Positions 1-9,802 of a DNA stretch of 62,046 bases are shown piece by piece; position 1 is the first letter of the stretch, and each line of letters starts with the position of its first letter. The notes under the pieces are model-generated. The model was not told the DNA's origin and ran no database searches. It saw only the letters and a program-made list of their open reading frames with translations. The stretch lies in IMG/VR virus record IMGVR_UViG_3300032295_001918, positions 1 to 62,046 of that record. One strand, 5' to 3'. Origin of the DNA: a virus. Its lineage: Duplodnaviria > Caudoviricetes. Made by a program: the position numbers and the translations under genes.

Positions 1-1
1 A

Positions 2-1705
2 ACTTCAGGTGCTAATGGTTCAAGTGGAACATCAGGAACATCAGGAACAACAGGTTCAAGTGGAACATCAGGAACATCAGGAACAACAGGTTCAAGTGGA
101 ACATCAGGAAACCAAGGAAATACCGGCGGATTACAATATAATTTCAATACAACTACAAATGATATTGGATTAGGTAATGGAACTTTTAGATTTGATAGTA
201 TCACATTAACATCTGTAAGTAAAATGTACATATCAAATGTTGATGTGAATACACAATTTGTAGATAATTACATACAGTTATGGGACGATTCAAATACATC
301 ATCCGATAGAGGTTATATCATAATTAGAGGAAACGATAATTCTGATAATACTACAATTGTATTAAAAGTTAACGGTGCTAGTAATAATACTACAGGTGAT
401 TTAGGTATATCACTATCAGTTTCTTTAGTAAATCTAACAGCTTCATTACCGTCATCCGGAGAGAGATGTGCTATACAGTTCAGTAGAACGGGTGAATCAG
501 GCTCCTCAGGAACATCAGGAACATCAGGAACTTCGGGAACAACAGGTTCATCAGGAACTTCGGGAACAACAGGTTCATCAGGAACTTCAGGAGCAACAGG
601 TTCTTCAGGAACTTCAGGAGCAACAGGTGCTTCAGGTTCTTCAGGAACTTCAGGAGCAACAGGTGCTTCAGGTTCTTCAGGAACAAGTGGAACATCAACC
701 ACTGCTGCGTCACGCATGGACTTGCAAGTTTTCACAACAGGTTTTAATAATACTTGGACAAGACCGACTTGGGCGTCATCTAACACTATTGTAACTGTTG
801 TATGTATAGGTGCTGGCGGTGGAGGTGGTGGTGGTGGATTAGCTGGTACCGCTGGTGGAACTCATTCACCATCTGGTGGTGGAGGAGGTGGTGGTGGTGC
901 AATAGCCCAAGCCACATTTAGAGCATCAGATTTGTCAGCAACTGAAACCGTATACGTCGGTGCTGGTGGTCCATCCGGTAATGGTAAGTCCACTGCGCCT
1001 GGTGGTGCAAATGGTGATCCTGGAACAATAGGTGGTCAATCCAACTTCGGTACAGTAGTAAATGCCTTTGGTGGTAGAGGTGGTGGTGGTGGCGTCGGTG
1101 CATATGGTTCAGCTACTACACCAGGAGCAGCTGGAGCTGGAGCTGGTAGAGGAACAAGCACCGCTGCAAGTCCATTCTTATCATTCCTCTCGTATGTATA
1201 TTTTGCAGGAGGGAATGGTGCAGGTGGAAGCGGATTATTGGAATCACCGAGTGCTGCGGAAAGTAGAATATACGGATGTACTGGAGGTGGTGCTGGTGCT
1301 GGAGTATCTGAAATAGCCAACAATCCAAATGACGTAAATCCTGGATCAGTTGGTGGATCAATAGTCGGTTCTACAAACACAACTACAAATGACATTAGAT
1401 TATTCACAGCTAACATATCAGGTGGTGGTGGTGGATCAATAACATATGCTACGAGAAATGCTACACCTGGATCAAGTTACGACGGTTATGGGACAAATAT
1501 AGGTCTCGGCGGTGGCGGTGGTTCAGCTTGTGGCAGAAATGCGGGTGGAACTAATATTGGAAACGGCGGTAATGGTGGTTCTGGTGGAAACTATGGTGGT
1601 GGAGGCGGTGGTGGTGGAGCTGCTCAAGCTGGAAGTGGAAGAACATCAGGAAATGGTGGAACAGGTGGTGGTGGTATAGTAATTGTTATAACCCAAGGGT
1701 ATTGA
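2..1705 (+). CDS. Tail fibre/adhesin-like protein with Gly-X-Y (GTS) repeats and a C-terminal glycine-rich domain; 5'-truncated
   Basis: The frame of ORF 224..1705 is open from base 2 (TSGANGSSGTSG...), so the gene starts upstream of the window. It has two SGTSG blocks and a C-terminal poly-Gly domain typical of fibre tips. Confidence 0.7.
   Translation, partial: TSGANGSSGTSGTSGTTGSSGTSGTSGTTGSSGTSGNQGNTGGLQYNFNTTTNDIGLGNGTFRFDSITLTSVSKMYISNVDVNTQFVDNYIQLWDDSNTSSDRGYIIIRGNDNSDNTTIVLKVNGASNNTTGDLGISLSVSLVNLTASLPSSGERCAIQFSRTGESGSSGTSGTSGTSGTTGSSGTSGTTGSSGTSGATGSSGTSGATGASGSSGTSGATGASGSSGTSGTSTTAASRMDLQVFTTGFNNTWTRPTWASSNTIVTVVCIGAGGGGGGGGLAGTAGGTHSPSGGGGGGGGAIAQATFRASDLSATETVYVGAGGPSGNGKSTAPGGANGDPGTIGGQSNFGTVVNAFGGRGGGGGVGAYGSATTPGAAGAGAGRGTSTAASPFLSFLSYVYFAGGNGAGGSGLLESPSAAESRIYGCTGGGAGAGVSEIANNPNDVNPGSVGGSIVGSTNTTTNDIRLFTANISGGGGGSITYATRNATPGSSYDGYGTNIGLGGGGGSACGRNAGGTNIGNGGNGGSGGNYGGGGGGGGAAQAGSGRTSGNGGTGGGGIVIVITQGY
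491..699 (+). repeat. Coding tandem repeat of 9-bp units (TCAGGAACA-like) encoding about 23 consecutive G-X-Y triplets
   Basis: Translation GES GSS GTS GTS GTS GTT GSS...; similar blocks at 2..115 and about 27345..27645. Confidence 0.9.
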
Positions 1706-1723
1706 TTATCATAAGGAGTTAAA

Positions 1724-3022
1724 ATGGCAGTATACGGTATACAAGATACTTCTAGTTTAGAAATATTAACCATAATAGAATGGGATGGTTCATCATCCAT
1801 AAGCTTATTACCAGGACACCAACTTTATTCAGGATCCTTGGATATTTATACTGGTAGCATGGAACCACCAGATCCATTGACAACACCAATAACAGGCTCA
1901 TTTACGGGTTCATATACTGGTTCATTCTATGGCTTGGTAATAGGTTCTGGTTCATTCACAGGTTCACTAACAGGATCTTTAACAGGTTCCGTTAGTGGTT
2001 CCGATAAAATGAGTTTTAGTACAAGTGCAAATCAAACGGTATTAGCTGGAGAAATGGCGTGGGATGACGGCAACGGTACATTAGATATTGGTCTAAAGGG
2101 TGGTAATATAAATTTGGCAGTAGGACAACAAACTTTTGCTCGTTGTTATAACTCCGAAGGAACAACTCTAACAAAAGGAACAGTTGTTTTCATATCGGGT
2201 TCGCAAGGAAATCGTGTTGCTGTAAAACGTGCAGACTATAGTGTTGAAGTTCGTTCATCAACTACTTTAGGATTTGTTGCTGAAACAATTACTCCTGGCG
2301 CTCAAGGGTTTGTAATAACAAACGGTGTATTAGAACGGATAAACACCACGGGATTAATCGAAGGTGAAATATTATATCTGAGTTCATCGGGGCAGTATAC
2401 ACATACAAAACCAGTAGCACCAAAACACACGGTTGTATTAGGATATGTTGAAAGATTACATGCAACAGTTGGTTCAATCTATGTTAAAATCGATAATGGT
2501 TATGAATTGGGTGAATTGCATAATGTATTAACAAATGGTGTAACCAACGGTGATTTATTAGCTTATAGTGGTAGTGTATGGACACACTCAAAACAATTAA
2601 GTGGTTCATATGGCGTTACTGGATCTATAAACATGGGAACTGGATCTGTAGTAAATCCATTATTAACTGGATATTATGAAACTATGGTCTCAAAATCCGT
2701 AGCAAATGATTTTGGTGGTGGTATAGTGCAAATAGATTTAAAACAAGGTAATGTCTATAAATTAAAATTAGATGGTAGCGTATTAGATTTCAACATACAA
2801 AATAATCCAACATCATTGCAAGCTGGTACTTTTACATTGGTTTTAGAAGGAGATGGAACCGCAAGGGCATTTAATTGGGGTACAGAAGTAACTTGGCCAA
2901 ATGGAGCACCTGCAATCGTAAGTGGATCGGGTGTGATTGACGTATATTCTTTTGTATCATTTAATAGTGGAACTGAATATTTAGGATTAGTTATTACACA
3001 AAATCAAACAGGATTATCATAA
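1724..3022 (+). CDS. Putative virion fibre/structural protein
   Basis: 432 aa with TGS(F/Y/L) repeats and beta-rich domains, AAGGAG RBS, within the fibre module. Confidence 0.55.
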   Translation: MAVYGIQDTSSLEILTIIEWDGSSSISLLPGHQLYSGSLDIYTGSMEPPDPLTTPITGSFTGSYTGSFYGLVIGSGSFTGSLTGSLTGSVSGSDKMSFSTSANQTVLAGEMAWDDGNGTLDIGLKGGNINLAVGQQTFARCYNSEGTTLTKGTVVFISGSQGNRVAVKRADYSVEVRSSTTLGFVAETITPGAQGFVITNGVLERINTTGLIEGEILYLSSSGQYTHTKPVAPKHTVVLGYVERLHATVGSIYVKIDNGYELGELHNVLTNGVTNGDLLAYSGSVWTHSKQLSGSYGVTGSINMGTGSVVNPLLTGYYETMVSKSVANDFGGGIVQIDLKQGNVYKLKLDGSVLDFNIQNNPTSLQAGTFTLVLEGDGTARAFNWGTEVTWPNGAPAIVSGSGVIDVYSFVSFNSGTEYLGLVITQNQTGLS

Positions 3023-3035
3023 AAGGAGTTTTATA

Positions 3036-6000
3036 ATGGTTGGTAATAATGTAAGAAATGCTGCTTTAACATCATATCCTGGTTATGTTGCACCACCAGT
3101 TCCAGGAATACCTTATGGGTGGGGTAATAATATATTCGGTCAATTAGATAACAATACAAGTGGTCTTTTTCCAAATCAAAAGGATGGTCTAACCACGTGG
3201 GTATCTGCGAGTTTTGTAGGCGGTGAAGTTTTTGCTATGAAATCCGATGGAACACTTTGGTCTTGGGGTTCTGGTAATAATGGTGGATTTGCATCATCCG
3301 ATAGATCTTCACCTATACAAGTTGGAAATGATACCAATTGGACTAAATTTAGTAAATTTAATGGTGCCAGTCATGCTATGTTTTTGAAGTCTAATGGAAC
3401 ACTTTGGAGTTATGGTCTAAATGGAAATGGGCAATTAGGTGATATAACTTTACAAGCTAGGAGTTATTTGACACAGGTAGGGACTGATACAAATTGGTCT
3501 GACGTTGCTTGTGGTAATTCACACACTATGGCTATAAAAACAAATGGAACACTTTGGGCATGGGGATTAAATATAGCAGGACAACTCGGCCAAACAAATA
3601 CAATACAAAGGTCATCGCCAGTTCAAGTTGGATCACAAACAGATTGGTCATATGTTTTTGCCGGTGGATCGCATACTATGGCTATAAAAACCGATGGAAC
3701 ACTTTGGGCATGGGGATTTAATTCAGGAGGACAACTTGGTAACGGTGCTCAACTCAATAGATCATCCCCAACACAAATTGGAACAGGAACCGATTGGTAT
3801 AGAGTCTATTGCGGAAATTCATATACTATGGCAATAAAAACAAACGGTACTCTTTGGGGTTGGGGTATGAACACCAATGGACAGCTAGGTGATGGTACAA
3901 ATGCTAATAGGTCTTCTCCGGTTCAAATTGGATTAGGAACTAATTGGGCAGATGTATACCCATCAACGGATTATGTAACTACCGCTGCTATAAAAACAGA
4001 TGGAACTCTTTGGGCTTGGGGATTTGGTAGTTCATACGGACTTGGCAACGGTATTCCTGCTACCTATTCATCACCAATTCAGATTGGAACCGATACCAAT
4101 TGGAGTAATATGCGGTTGAGAACCAATCAATTTGTTGGTATCAAAACTAATGGAACGTTGTGGGAGTGGAACGCTAACGGTGTAGTAACTTGGCATAAAA
4201 CATATCCCTCACCAACTACAATAACATCTGATACTAATTGGAAAACAATAAAAACATCTATTTCAACCAATCCGTTTTCAGTCGGTATAAAAAAAGATGG
4301 TACATTGTGGTCATGGGGTACAAATCCATCTGGAGAATTAGGGGATGGAACCGTAATTGCAAAAGATTCACCAATACAAATCGGTACTGATACAAATTGG
4401 GATGATGTTTCTGTTAATCAAAATCATGTTGGTGCTATAAAAACAAACGGAACACTTTGGACTTGGGGCAATAATATATTTGGACAATTAGGACATACGA
4501 ATACAATTACAAGATCATCACCAGTTCAAGTGGGACTGCTAAGCGATTGGAAAAATATTTTTTGTGGCAATTCATATACTATGGCTATAAAAACCGATGG
4601 AACACTTTGGTCATGGGGTAATAATGGACTTAATGAATTGGGTCAAGGTGTGGGGGCAAACAGATCATCACCAGTTCAAGTTGGGGTAGCAACAAATTGG
4701 AAGATGGTTGCTCTTGCAAAAGGTGGTTCCCATGTTATGGCAGTAACAACAGATGGTACTTTATGGGCTTGGGGACAGAATGGATTGGGACAATTGGGTA
4801 GAAATAACACAACATCCGGTGCAATTCCCCAACAAGTTGGAACTGATACAAATTGGTCGAGTGTTGCTGCATCAGTTAGCACTACTATGGCAGTAAGAAC
4901 CGATGGAACACTTTGGGCATGGGGTGGTTATTCGTCACAGTTGGGAATAATGAAAACTCCAAGATTGGCATTTCCTGTAAATACATCATTAACAAATGTT
5001 TCGGATATGTGTGCCGGAGATAGTTATACAATAGCTATTGCTTCAAATGGAGCTCTTTGGGGTTGGGGAATAAATGGTACTGGTAATTTAGGTGATGGTA
5101 CGATTATCACTAGATCATCTCCAATACAAATTGGACTCTTAACCAATTGGTCAAGTGTTTTTACGGGATTGTCACATACGATGGCAATAAAATCAGATGG
5201 CACTCTTTGGACATGGGGATTAAATTCTTCTGGTCAATTAGGAGATAATACGATTTTACCAAAATCTTCACCTATTCAAATTGGAACTGATACCAATTGG
5301 CAAACATTAGGAGGTGGTAATGCTCACACAATGTTGGTTAAAACGAATGGAACTCTTTGGGCATGGGGAAATAATCAATTTGGACAGTTAGGTGACGGTA
5401 CTAAAATAAATCGTTCATCTCCAGTTCAAATAGGAACAGATACTAATTGGTCAAAAGTTTTAGGTGGCACTACACACACGATTGGATTAAAAACGAATGG
5501 AACTCTTTGGGCATGGGGCGCTGATGATAGATACCAATTAGGGATTAGTTCGGATTCAAACAAATTGCAAAAAATTGGAACAGATACTAATTGGTCAATT
5601 TTACCAGTTGCATCTCCGGGTTCACATACAATGGTAATCAGAACCAATGGAACACTCTGGGGTTGGGGATTAAATACTTCATTTCAATTGGGTGATAACA
5701 GTGGTATCACTAAATCGTCACCGGTACAAATTGGTGTTGCAACAAATTGGAGTAAATTGAGTTTAGGCGCACAACACACTATGGCAATAACAACATCAGG
5801 AACTTTATGGGGATGGGGTGCTAATACAGTGGGATTTTTGGGACTTAATGATGTAGTAAATAGGTCTGTTCCGGTGCAAGTGGGAACTGATACTAATTGG
5901 AGTGAAGTTGCTTGTGGTGCATCACATACAATAGCAGTGAGAACGAATGGAACACTTTGGACTTGGGGAAGTAACTTATTTGCACAATTAGGTGATTTAA

Positions 6001-7328
6001 CTAAAATAAATCGTTCATCTCCAGTTCAAATAGGAACGGATACCAATTGGTCAAAAGTTACAGCATGTGAATTTGTAAGTTTTGCATTAAAAACCAATGG
6101 AACACTTTGGACTTGGGGATTTGATCGTGGAGATGGTAATATGGGACTAAACTTAAGTCCTGCATTTGTGTTTGAAAGAAATTCACCAACACAAATAGGA
6201 ACCGATACTAATTGGTCAAAAATATCAGCAGGTGCTTCACATACCATTGCTATAAAAACAAATGGAACACTATGGGGGTGGGGCAACAATACATCCTCAA
6301 CATCAGTTGGTGATGGAACGAGTATAAACCGATCATCTCCTGTTCAAATTGGAACCGATACAGATTGGACAGAAATTAGTTGTGGTTCATTTCATACATT
6401 GGCATTAAAATCAAACGGTACACTTTGGAATTGGGGTTCAGGAACAACAGGACAACTTCCAGATGGACGCATTGCTAATTTATCATCACCAACACAAGTT
6501 GGAACTTCAACTAATTGGTCGAAAATTTATTCTGGAAGATTTCATTCGGTGGCAATAAACACATCAGGTGAAATCTATACAGTTGGTCTAAACAGTAGTA
6601 TAGCTGTAACTGTTAATGAATTTAGTCGTTCATCTCCTGTTCAAATTGGAACCGATACAGATTGGGCTGATATTTCAGCATACCAATCCAATAGTGGAGC
6701 TATTAAAACAAACGGAACACTTTGGGTTTGGGGAAATAATGCCGAAGGACAACTTGCTCAAAATGATAGGTTTTCTCGTTCTTTACCAACACAAGTTGGA
6801 AGTGGTACGGATTGGTCATATTTTCCAAAAATGGGACCAAGAAGATGGGGTTTAATGGCAACTAAAAACAATGGAACTACTTGGGGTGCTGGATATGGAT
6901 TTGATGGTGCATATGCTGATGATACAAATATAACAAGATCATCACCGATTCAAATTGGAAGTGTTGCTTGGTCAAAAATAACATCTGCATTTCACACAAT
7001 AGGTATGGATTCCAATGGTATTTTATACTCATGGAATCAGAGTAGTGGCAATAGTGCTATACTAGGTCGAGATACACAACTCAGCGAAAACAGATCATCT
7101 CCGATACAAGTTGGTTCTGCAACAAATTGGGTAAGTGCATCAATGGGTTCTGCATTTAGTGTGGCTATAAAAACCGATGGGACAATTTGGAGTTGGGGTG
7201 GCAATGGTAGTTTTCAATTAGGCGATGGTAATATTACATCTAAATCATCTCCAGTGCAAATTGGAACTGCAACTGAATGGGTTTCCGTAGACTGTGGTCT
7301 TTCTCATACGATTGCAATATCGGAATAA
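3036..7328 (+). CDS. RCC1/BLIP-II repeat beta-propeller protein
   Basis: Roughly 27 repeats of about 51 aa with consensus HTMAIKTNGTLWxWGxNxxGQLGDGTxxxRSSPVQIGTDTNW; AAGGAG RBS. Confidence 0.9.
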   Translation: MVGNNVRNAALTSYPGYVAPPVPGIPYGWGNNIFGQLDNNTSGLFPNQKDGLTTWVSASFVGGEVFAMKSDGTLWSWGSGNNGGFASSDRSSPIQVGNDTNWTKFSKFNGASHAMFLKSNGTLWSYGLNGNGQLGDITLQARSYLTQVGTDTNWSDVACGNSHTMAIKTNGTLWAWGLNIAGQLGQTNTIQRSSPVQVGSQTDWSYVFAGGSHTMAIKTDGTLWAWGFNSGGQLGNGAQLNRSSPTQIGTGTDWYRVYCGNSYTMAIKTNGTLWGWGMNTNGQLGDGTNANRSSPVQIGLGTNWADVYPSTDYVTTAAIKTDGTLWAWGFGSSYGLGNGIPATYSSPIQIGTDTNWSNMRLRTNQFVGIKTNGTLWEWNANGVVTWHKTYPSPTTITSDTNWKTIKTSISTNPFSVGIKKDGTLWSWGTNPSGELGDGTVIAKDSPIQIGTDTNWDDVSVNQNHVGAIKTNGTLWTWGNNIFGQLGHTNTITRSSPVQVGLLSDWKNIFCGNSYTMAIKTDGTLWSWGNNGLNELGQGVGANRSSPVQVGVATNWKMVALAKGGSHVMAVTTDGTLWAWGQNGLGQLGRNNTTSGAIPQQVGTDTNWSSVAASVSTTMAVRTDGTLWAWGGYSSQLGIMKTPRLAFPVNTSLTNVSDMCAGDSYTIAIASNGALWGWGINGTGNLGDGTIITRSSPIQIGLLTNWSSVFTGLSHTMAIKSDGTLWTWGLNSSGQLGDNTILPKSSPIQIGTDTNWQTLGGGNAHTMLVKTNGTLWAWGNNQFGQLGDGTKINRSSPVQIGTDTNWSKVLGGTTHTIGLKTNGTLWAWGADDRYQLGISSDSNKLQKIGTDTNWSILPVASPGSHTMVIRTNGTLWGWGLNTSFQLGDNSGITKSSPVQIGVATNWSKLSLGAQHTMAITTSGTLWGWGANTVGFLGLNDVVNRSVPVQVGTDTNWSEVACGASHTIAVRTNGTLWTWGSNLFAQLGDLTKINRSSPVQIGTDTNWSKVTACEFVSFALKTNGTLWTWGFDRGDGNMGLNLSPAFVFERNSPTQIGTDTNWSKISAGASHTIAIKTNGTLWGWGNNTSSTSVGDGTSINRSSPVQIGTDTDWTEISCGSFHTLALKSNGTLWNWGSGTTGQLPDGRIANLSSPTQVGTSTNWSKIYSGRFHSVAINTSGEIYTVGLNSSIAVTVNEFSRSSPVQIGTDTDWADISAYQSNSGAIKTNGTLWVWGNNAEGQLAQNDRFSRSLPTQVGSGTDWSYFPKMGPRRWGLMATKNNGTTWGAGYGFDGAYADDTNITRSSPIQIGSVAWSKITSAFHTIGMDSNGILYSWNQSSGNSAILGRDTQLSENRSSPIQVGSATNWVSASMGSAFSVAIKTDGTIWSWGGNGSFQLGDGNITSKSSPVQIGTATEWVSVDCGLSHTIAISE

Positions 7329-7411
7329 TAAAAAATATACAATCATAAACATTTTTGAAAAATATTTACATACTTATAGAAGTATAATTAGTAAATATAA
7401 AAGGTTTTGTT

Positions 7412-8416
7412 ATGAAAAATAAAGAAATGCATCCGTTGGATATGGCATTAGAAGCTTCTATAAGCGGGTTTCCTGAAGTAAGTGAGGATATTTTACGCAA
7501 TCAATCACAAGATGATTTAAGAGTGCTTTTTAATCTCGGATGGCACGAAATGCGTAAAGGTAATATGAAAAAGGCGTTTGAACATTTCAATTATGGTCGT
7601 TTTATAGATGTTTTTGGATTGCCTCCAGTTCTTGGTAAAATATGGAAGGACGAATCATTAGAAGGCAAAACACTATTATTCAGATGTGAAGGTGGTTATG
7701 GAGATCAAATATTAAATTTTCGTTTTGCTAAAAAATTTGAAGAAATGGGGGCAAGAGTTTTAGTATCATGTTCAACGGAACTACTAGAATTATTTTCTCG
7801 TCACGGATTTATTACAATAGATAATGCAGTAGTTAGCGGTGTCCATTATGATTATTGGGTTCCAGCAATGTCAGCTGCATACATTCTTAATTTAGAATAC
7901 CAAGATTTAGACGGATCGCCTTTCATATTCCCAAAAGAAAAAAGAGATTTGTTTTCAAAAAAAGGTAATTTAAAAGTTGGAATTAGATGGAGTGGTTCTC
8001 CAGAATTTGAAGATGAACAACATAGAAGATTTCCTAGTGAACTGATGATAAACTTATATGAGACACCGAATACAACATTTTATTCTTTACAAAGAGATGA
8101 AAATTGTGTAGATGGACTTCCATTTGGTGATATGCGTGAACAAATGAAAACATGGGATGACACCGCATCTATTATAGCGGGTTGTGATTTAATAATTACA
8201 TCATGTACATCAGTTGCACATCTATCCGCAGCAATGGGTATACCAACATGGATAGCAACACCAATTATGCCTTATTATACATGGGTTTTTCCAGGAGAAA
8301 CTTCAAGGTGGTATAATTCTGTTCGTTTATTTAGACAGTCAAAATATGGTGAGTGGGAGGATGTATTTGAAAGAATACAAAATGAATTAACTAAATTAGC
8401 GGAAAACAATACATGA
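7412..8416 (+). CDS. Glycosyltransferase, GT-B fold (GT9-like, the type usually fused to TPRs)
   Basis: Motifs EGGYGDQI, VGIRWSG, FYSLQ and DDTASIIAGCDLIITSCTSVAHLSAAMGIPTW. Confidence 0.75.
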   Translation: MKNKEMHPLDMALEASISGFPEVSEDILRNQSQDDLRVLFNLGWHEMRKGNMKKAFEHFNYGRFIDVFGLPPVLGKIWKDESLEGKTLLFRCEGGYGDQILNFRFAKKFEEMGARVLVSCSTELLELFSRHGFITIDNAVVSGVHYDYWVPAMSAAYILNLEYQDLDGSPFIFPKEKRDLFSKKGNLKVGIRWSGSPEFEDEQHRRFPSELMINLYETPNTTFYSLQRDENCVDGLPFGDMREQMKTWDDTASIIAGCDLIITSCTSVAHLSAAMGIPTWIATPIMPYYTWVFPGETSRWYNSVRLFRQSKYGEWEDVFERIQNELTKLAENNT

Positions 8417-9003
8417 TTCCCCATTATTATTATTTAATATTCGGTTGGTTTGATCAAGAGACTTTATTTTCCCAAATGGTTTATTCCTGTAATGATACGG
8501 ACAAATATAAATTCGTTGAGATCGGAAGTTGGAAAGGAAGAAGTTCATGCTATATGGGAGTAGAAATACTTAATAGTAAAAAAAATATACAATTCGATTG
8601 TATAGATACATGGTTAGGTTCAGACGAACACAGAGATCCAAAATCAAACCATTATGAACCTTTATTAGAAACAAAAGATGGATTATACGACTTGTTTATT
8701 AAAAATATAGAACCTATACGCAGTGTAGTAAATCCAATAAGAATGTCATCAATAGAGGCATCAAAATTATATGAAGATGAAAGTTTAGACTTTGTTTATA
8801 TCGACGGAGCACACGATTATGATAGTGTGTATGAAGATATTAAACATTGGTACCCAAAGGTAAAAAATGGTGGGTATATTGCAGGAGATGATTTTGAAGA
8901 AGATGCATGGCCTGGTGTTTATTATGCAATTAAAAAATATTTTAATAACGATATAAATGTTATACGGGATAACACATGGATAAAACAGAAAAACCAAGTT
9001 TAG
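8413..9003 (+). CDS. Class I SAM-dependent methyltransferase (Methyltransf_24-like)
   Basis: VEIGSWKGRS motif I, and DFVYIDGAHDYDSVYEDI...GGYIAGDD. Confidence 0.85.
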   Translation: MIPHYYYLIFGWFDQETLFSQMVYSCNDTDKYKFVEIGSWKGRSSCYMGVEILNSKKNIQFDCIDTWLGSDEHRDPKSNHYEPLLETKDGLYDLFIKNIEPIRSVVNPIRMSSIEASKLYEDESLDFVYIDGAHDYDSVYEDIKHWYPKVKNGGYIAGDDFEEDAWPGVYYAIKKYFNNDINVIRDNTWIKQKNQV

Positions 9004-9764
9004 ATATTATTTTAAGAACCCATGATTTCATCGATATACATAGTTCACCGAATGGGAGATATTGTAATACAGATAAAACAACTTTAATATGTAAGTGTAT
9101 AAAATCATTAGTAAGATCTGCTAACAATTATGACGGTAAAGTAAAAATTATTTGGTTAGATGACCATTCATCACAATCATCTATTGATAAATTACATAAT
9201 ATATTTTCCGAGTCAAAACATGAAGTTGAGTTTGTTCCATTGGAAATGCGTGGATGGAATGCTTCTGGATACGAACAATTCGAGAGAGGAAGGGCTTCAA
9301 ATGCGGATTTAGTTTATTTTGTAGAGGATGATTATTTACACTTTTCAACCGCTATTGAAGAAATGGTATATGCTTACCAAGAATTTAAACAAAATCTTGG
9401 AATGGAAGTATCTATCCATCCGTTTGATGATCCAGATAACTATAAACCAAAATACATAGAAGAGTGTAGAATAGTTTTGGGAAAAAATAGAAGATTCAGA
9501 ACGAATACTTACAGTACATTTGTTTTTATGTGCTCTCCTAAAGTAATAAAAGATAATTGGAGTAAATTTTATACACTTGCTACCGAATATATGACAGAAT
9601 GGGGTGAAAATCACAATATACATGAAGGCACTACTATAAATAGTTTATGGAGAAATGATATAAAATTATTTACACCAATACCATCTTTGGCTTTACATAT
9701 GGGATTTGATGAACAAAAAGATGCTTATTTAGATTGGAAAGAACTTTGGGATTCCATTTCCTAA
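8976..9764 (+). CDS. Putative glycosyltransferase, GT-A fold (GT2-like)
   Basis: IIWLDDHS and VYFVEDDYLH (DxD-like) motifs; adjacent to a GT and a methyltransferase. Confidence 0.65.
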   Translation: MDKTEKPSLDIILRTHDFIDIHSSPNGRYCNTDKTTLICKCIKSLVRSANNYDGKVKIIWLDDHSSQSSIDKLHNIFSESKHEVEFVPLEMRGWNASGYEQFERGRASNADLVYFVEDDYLHFSTAIEEMVYAYQEFKQNLGMEVSIHPFDDPDNYKPKYIEECRIVLGKNRRFRTNTYSTFVFMCSPKVIKDNWSKFYTLATEYMTEWGENHNIHEGTTINSLWRNDIKLFTPIPSLALHMGFDEQKDAYLDWKELWDSIS

Positions 9765-9766
9765 TT

Positions 9767-9787
9767 ATATTTATAGTTATATTTATA
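9767..9787 (+). promoter_or_regulatory. Tandem ATATTTATA late-promoter candidate
   Basis: Two copies (9767-9775, 9779-9787) directly before the AAGGAG RBS of 9803; the motif recurs in most intergenic gaps. Confidence 0.65.
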
Positions 9788-9802
9788 GTAAAGGAGAAAT
9801 AA

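Noticed and set aside
491-699. Short tandem repeats as a possible CRISPR array
   Set aside because: The units are 9-bp in-frame coding repeats with no unique spacers, and no cas genes are present.
313-794. Alternative-frame and antisense ORFs (PEVPEEP..., QEQQV..., FLKNLK...)
   Set aside because: These are shadows of the GTS-coding repeat, which lacks stops in other frames; the same applies to the overlapping ORFs at 27258-27697.
3036-7328. RCC1 or GFH repeats as a diversity-generating retroelement TR/VR pair
   Set aside because: There is no reverse transcriptase in the window and no non-coding template copy, and the mismatches between copies are not adenine-specific.
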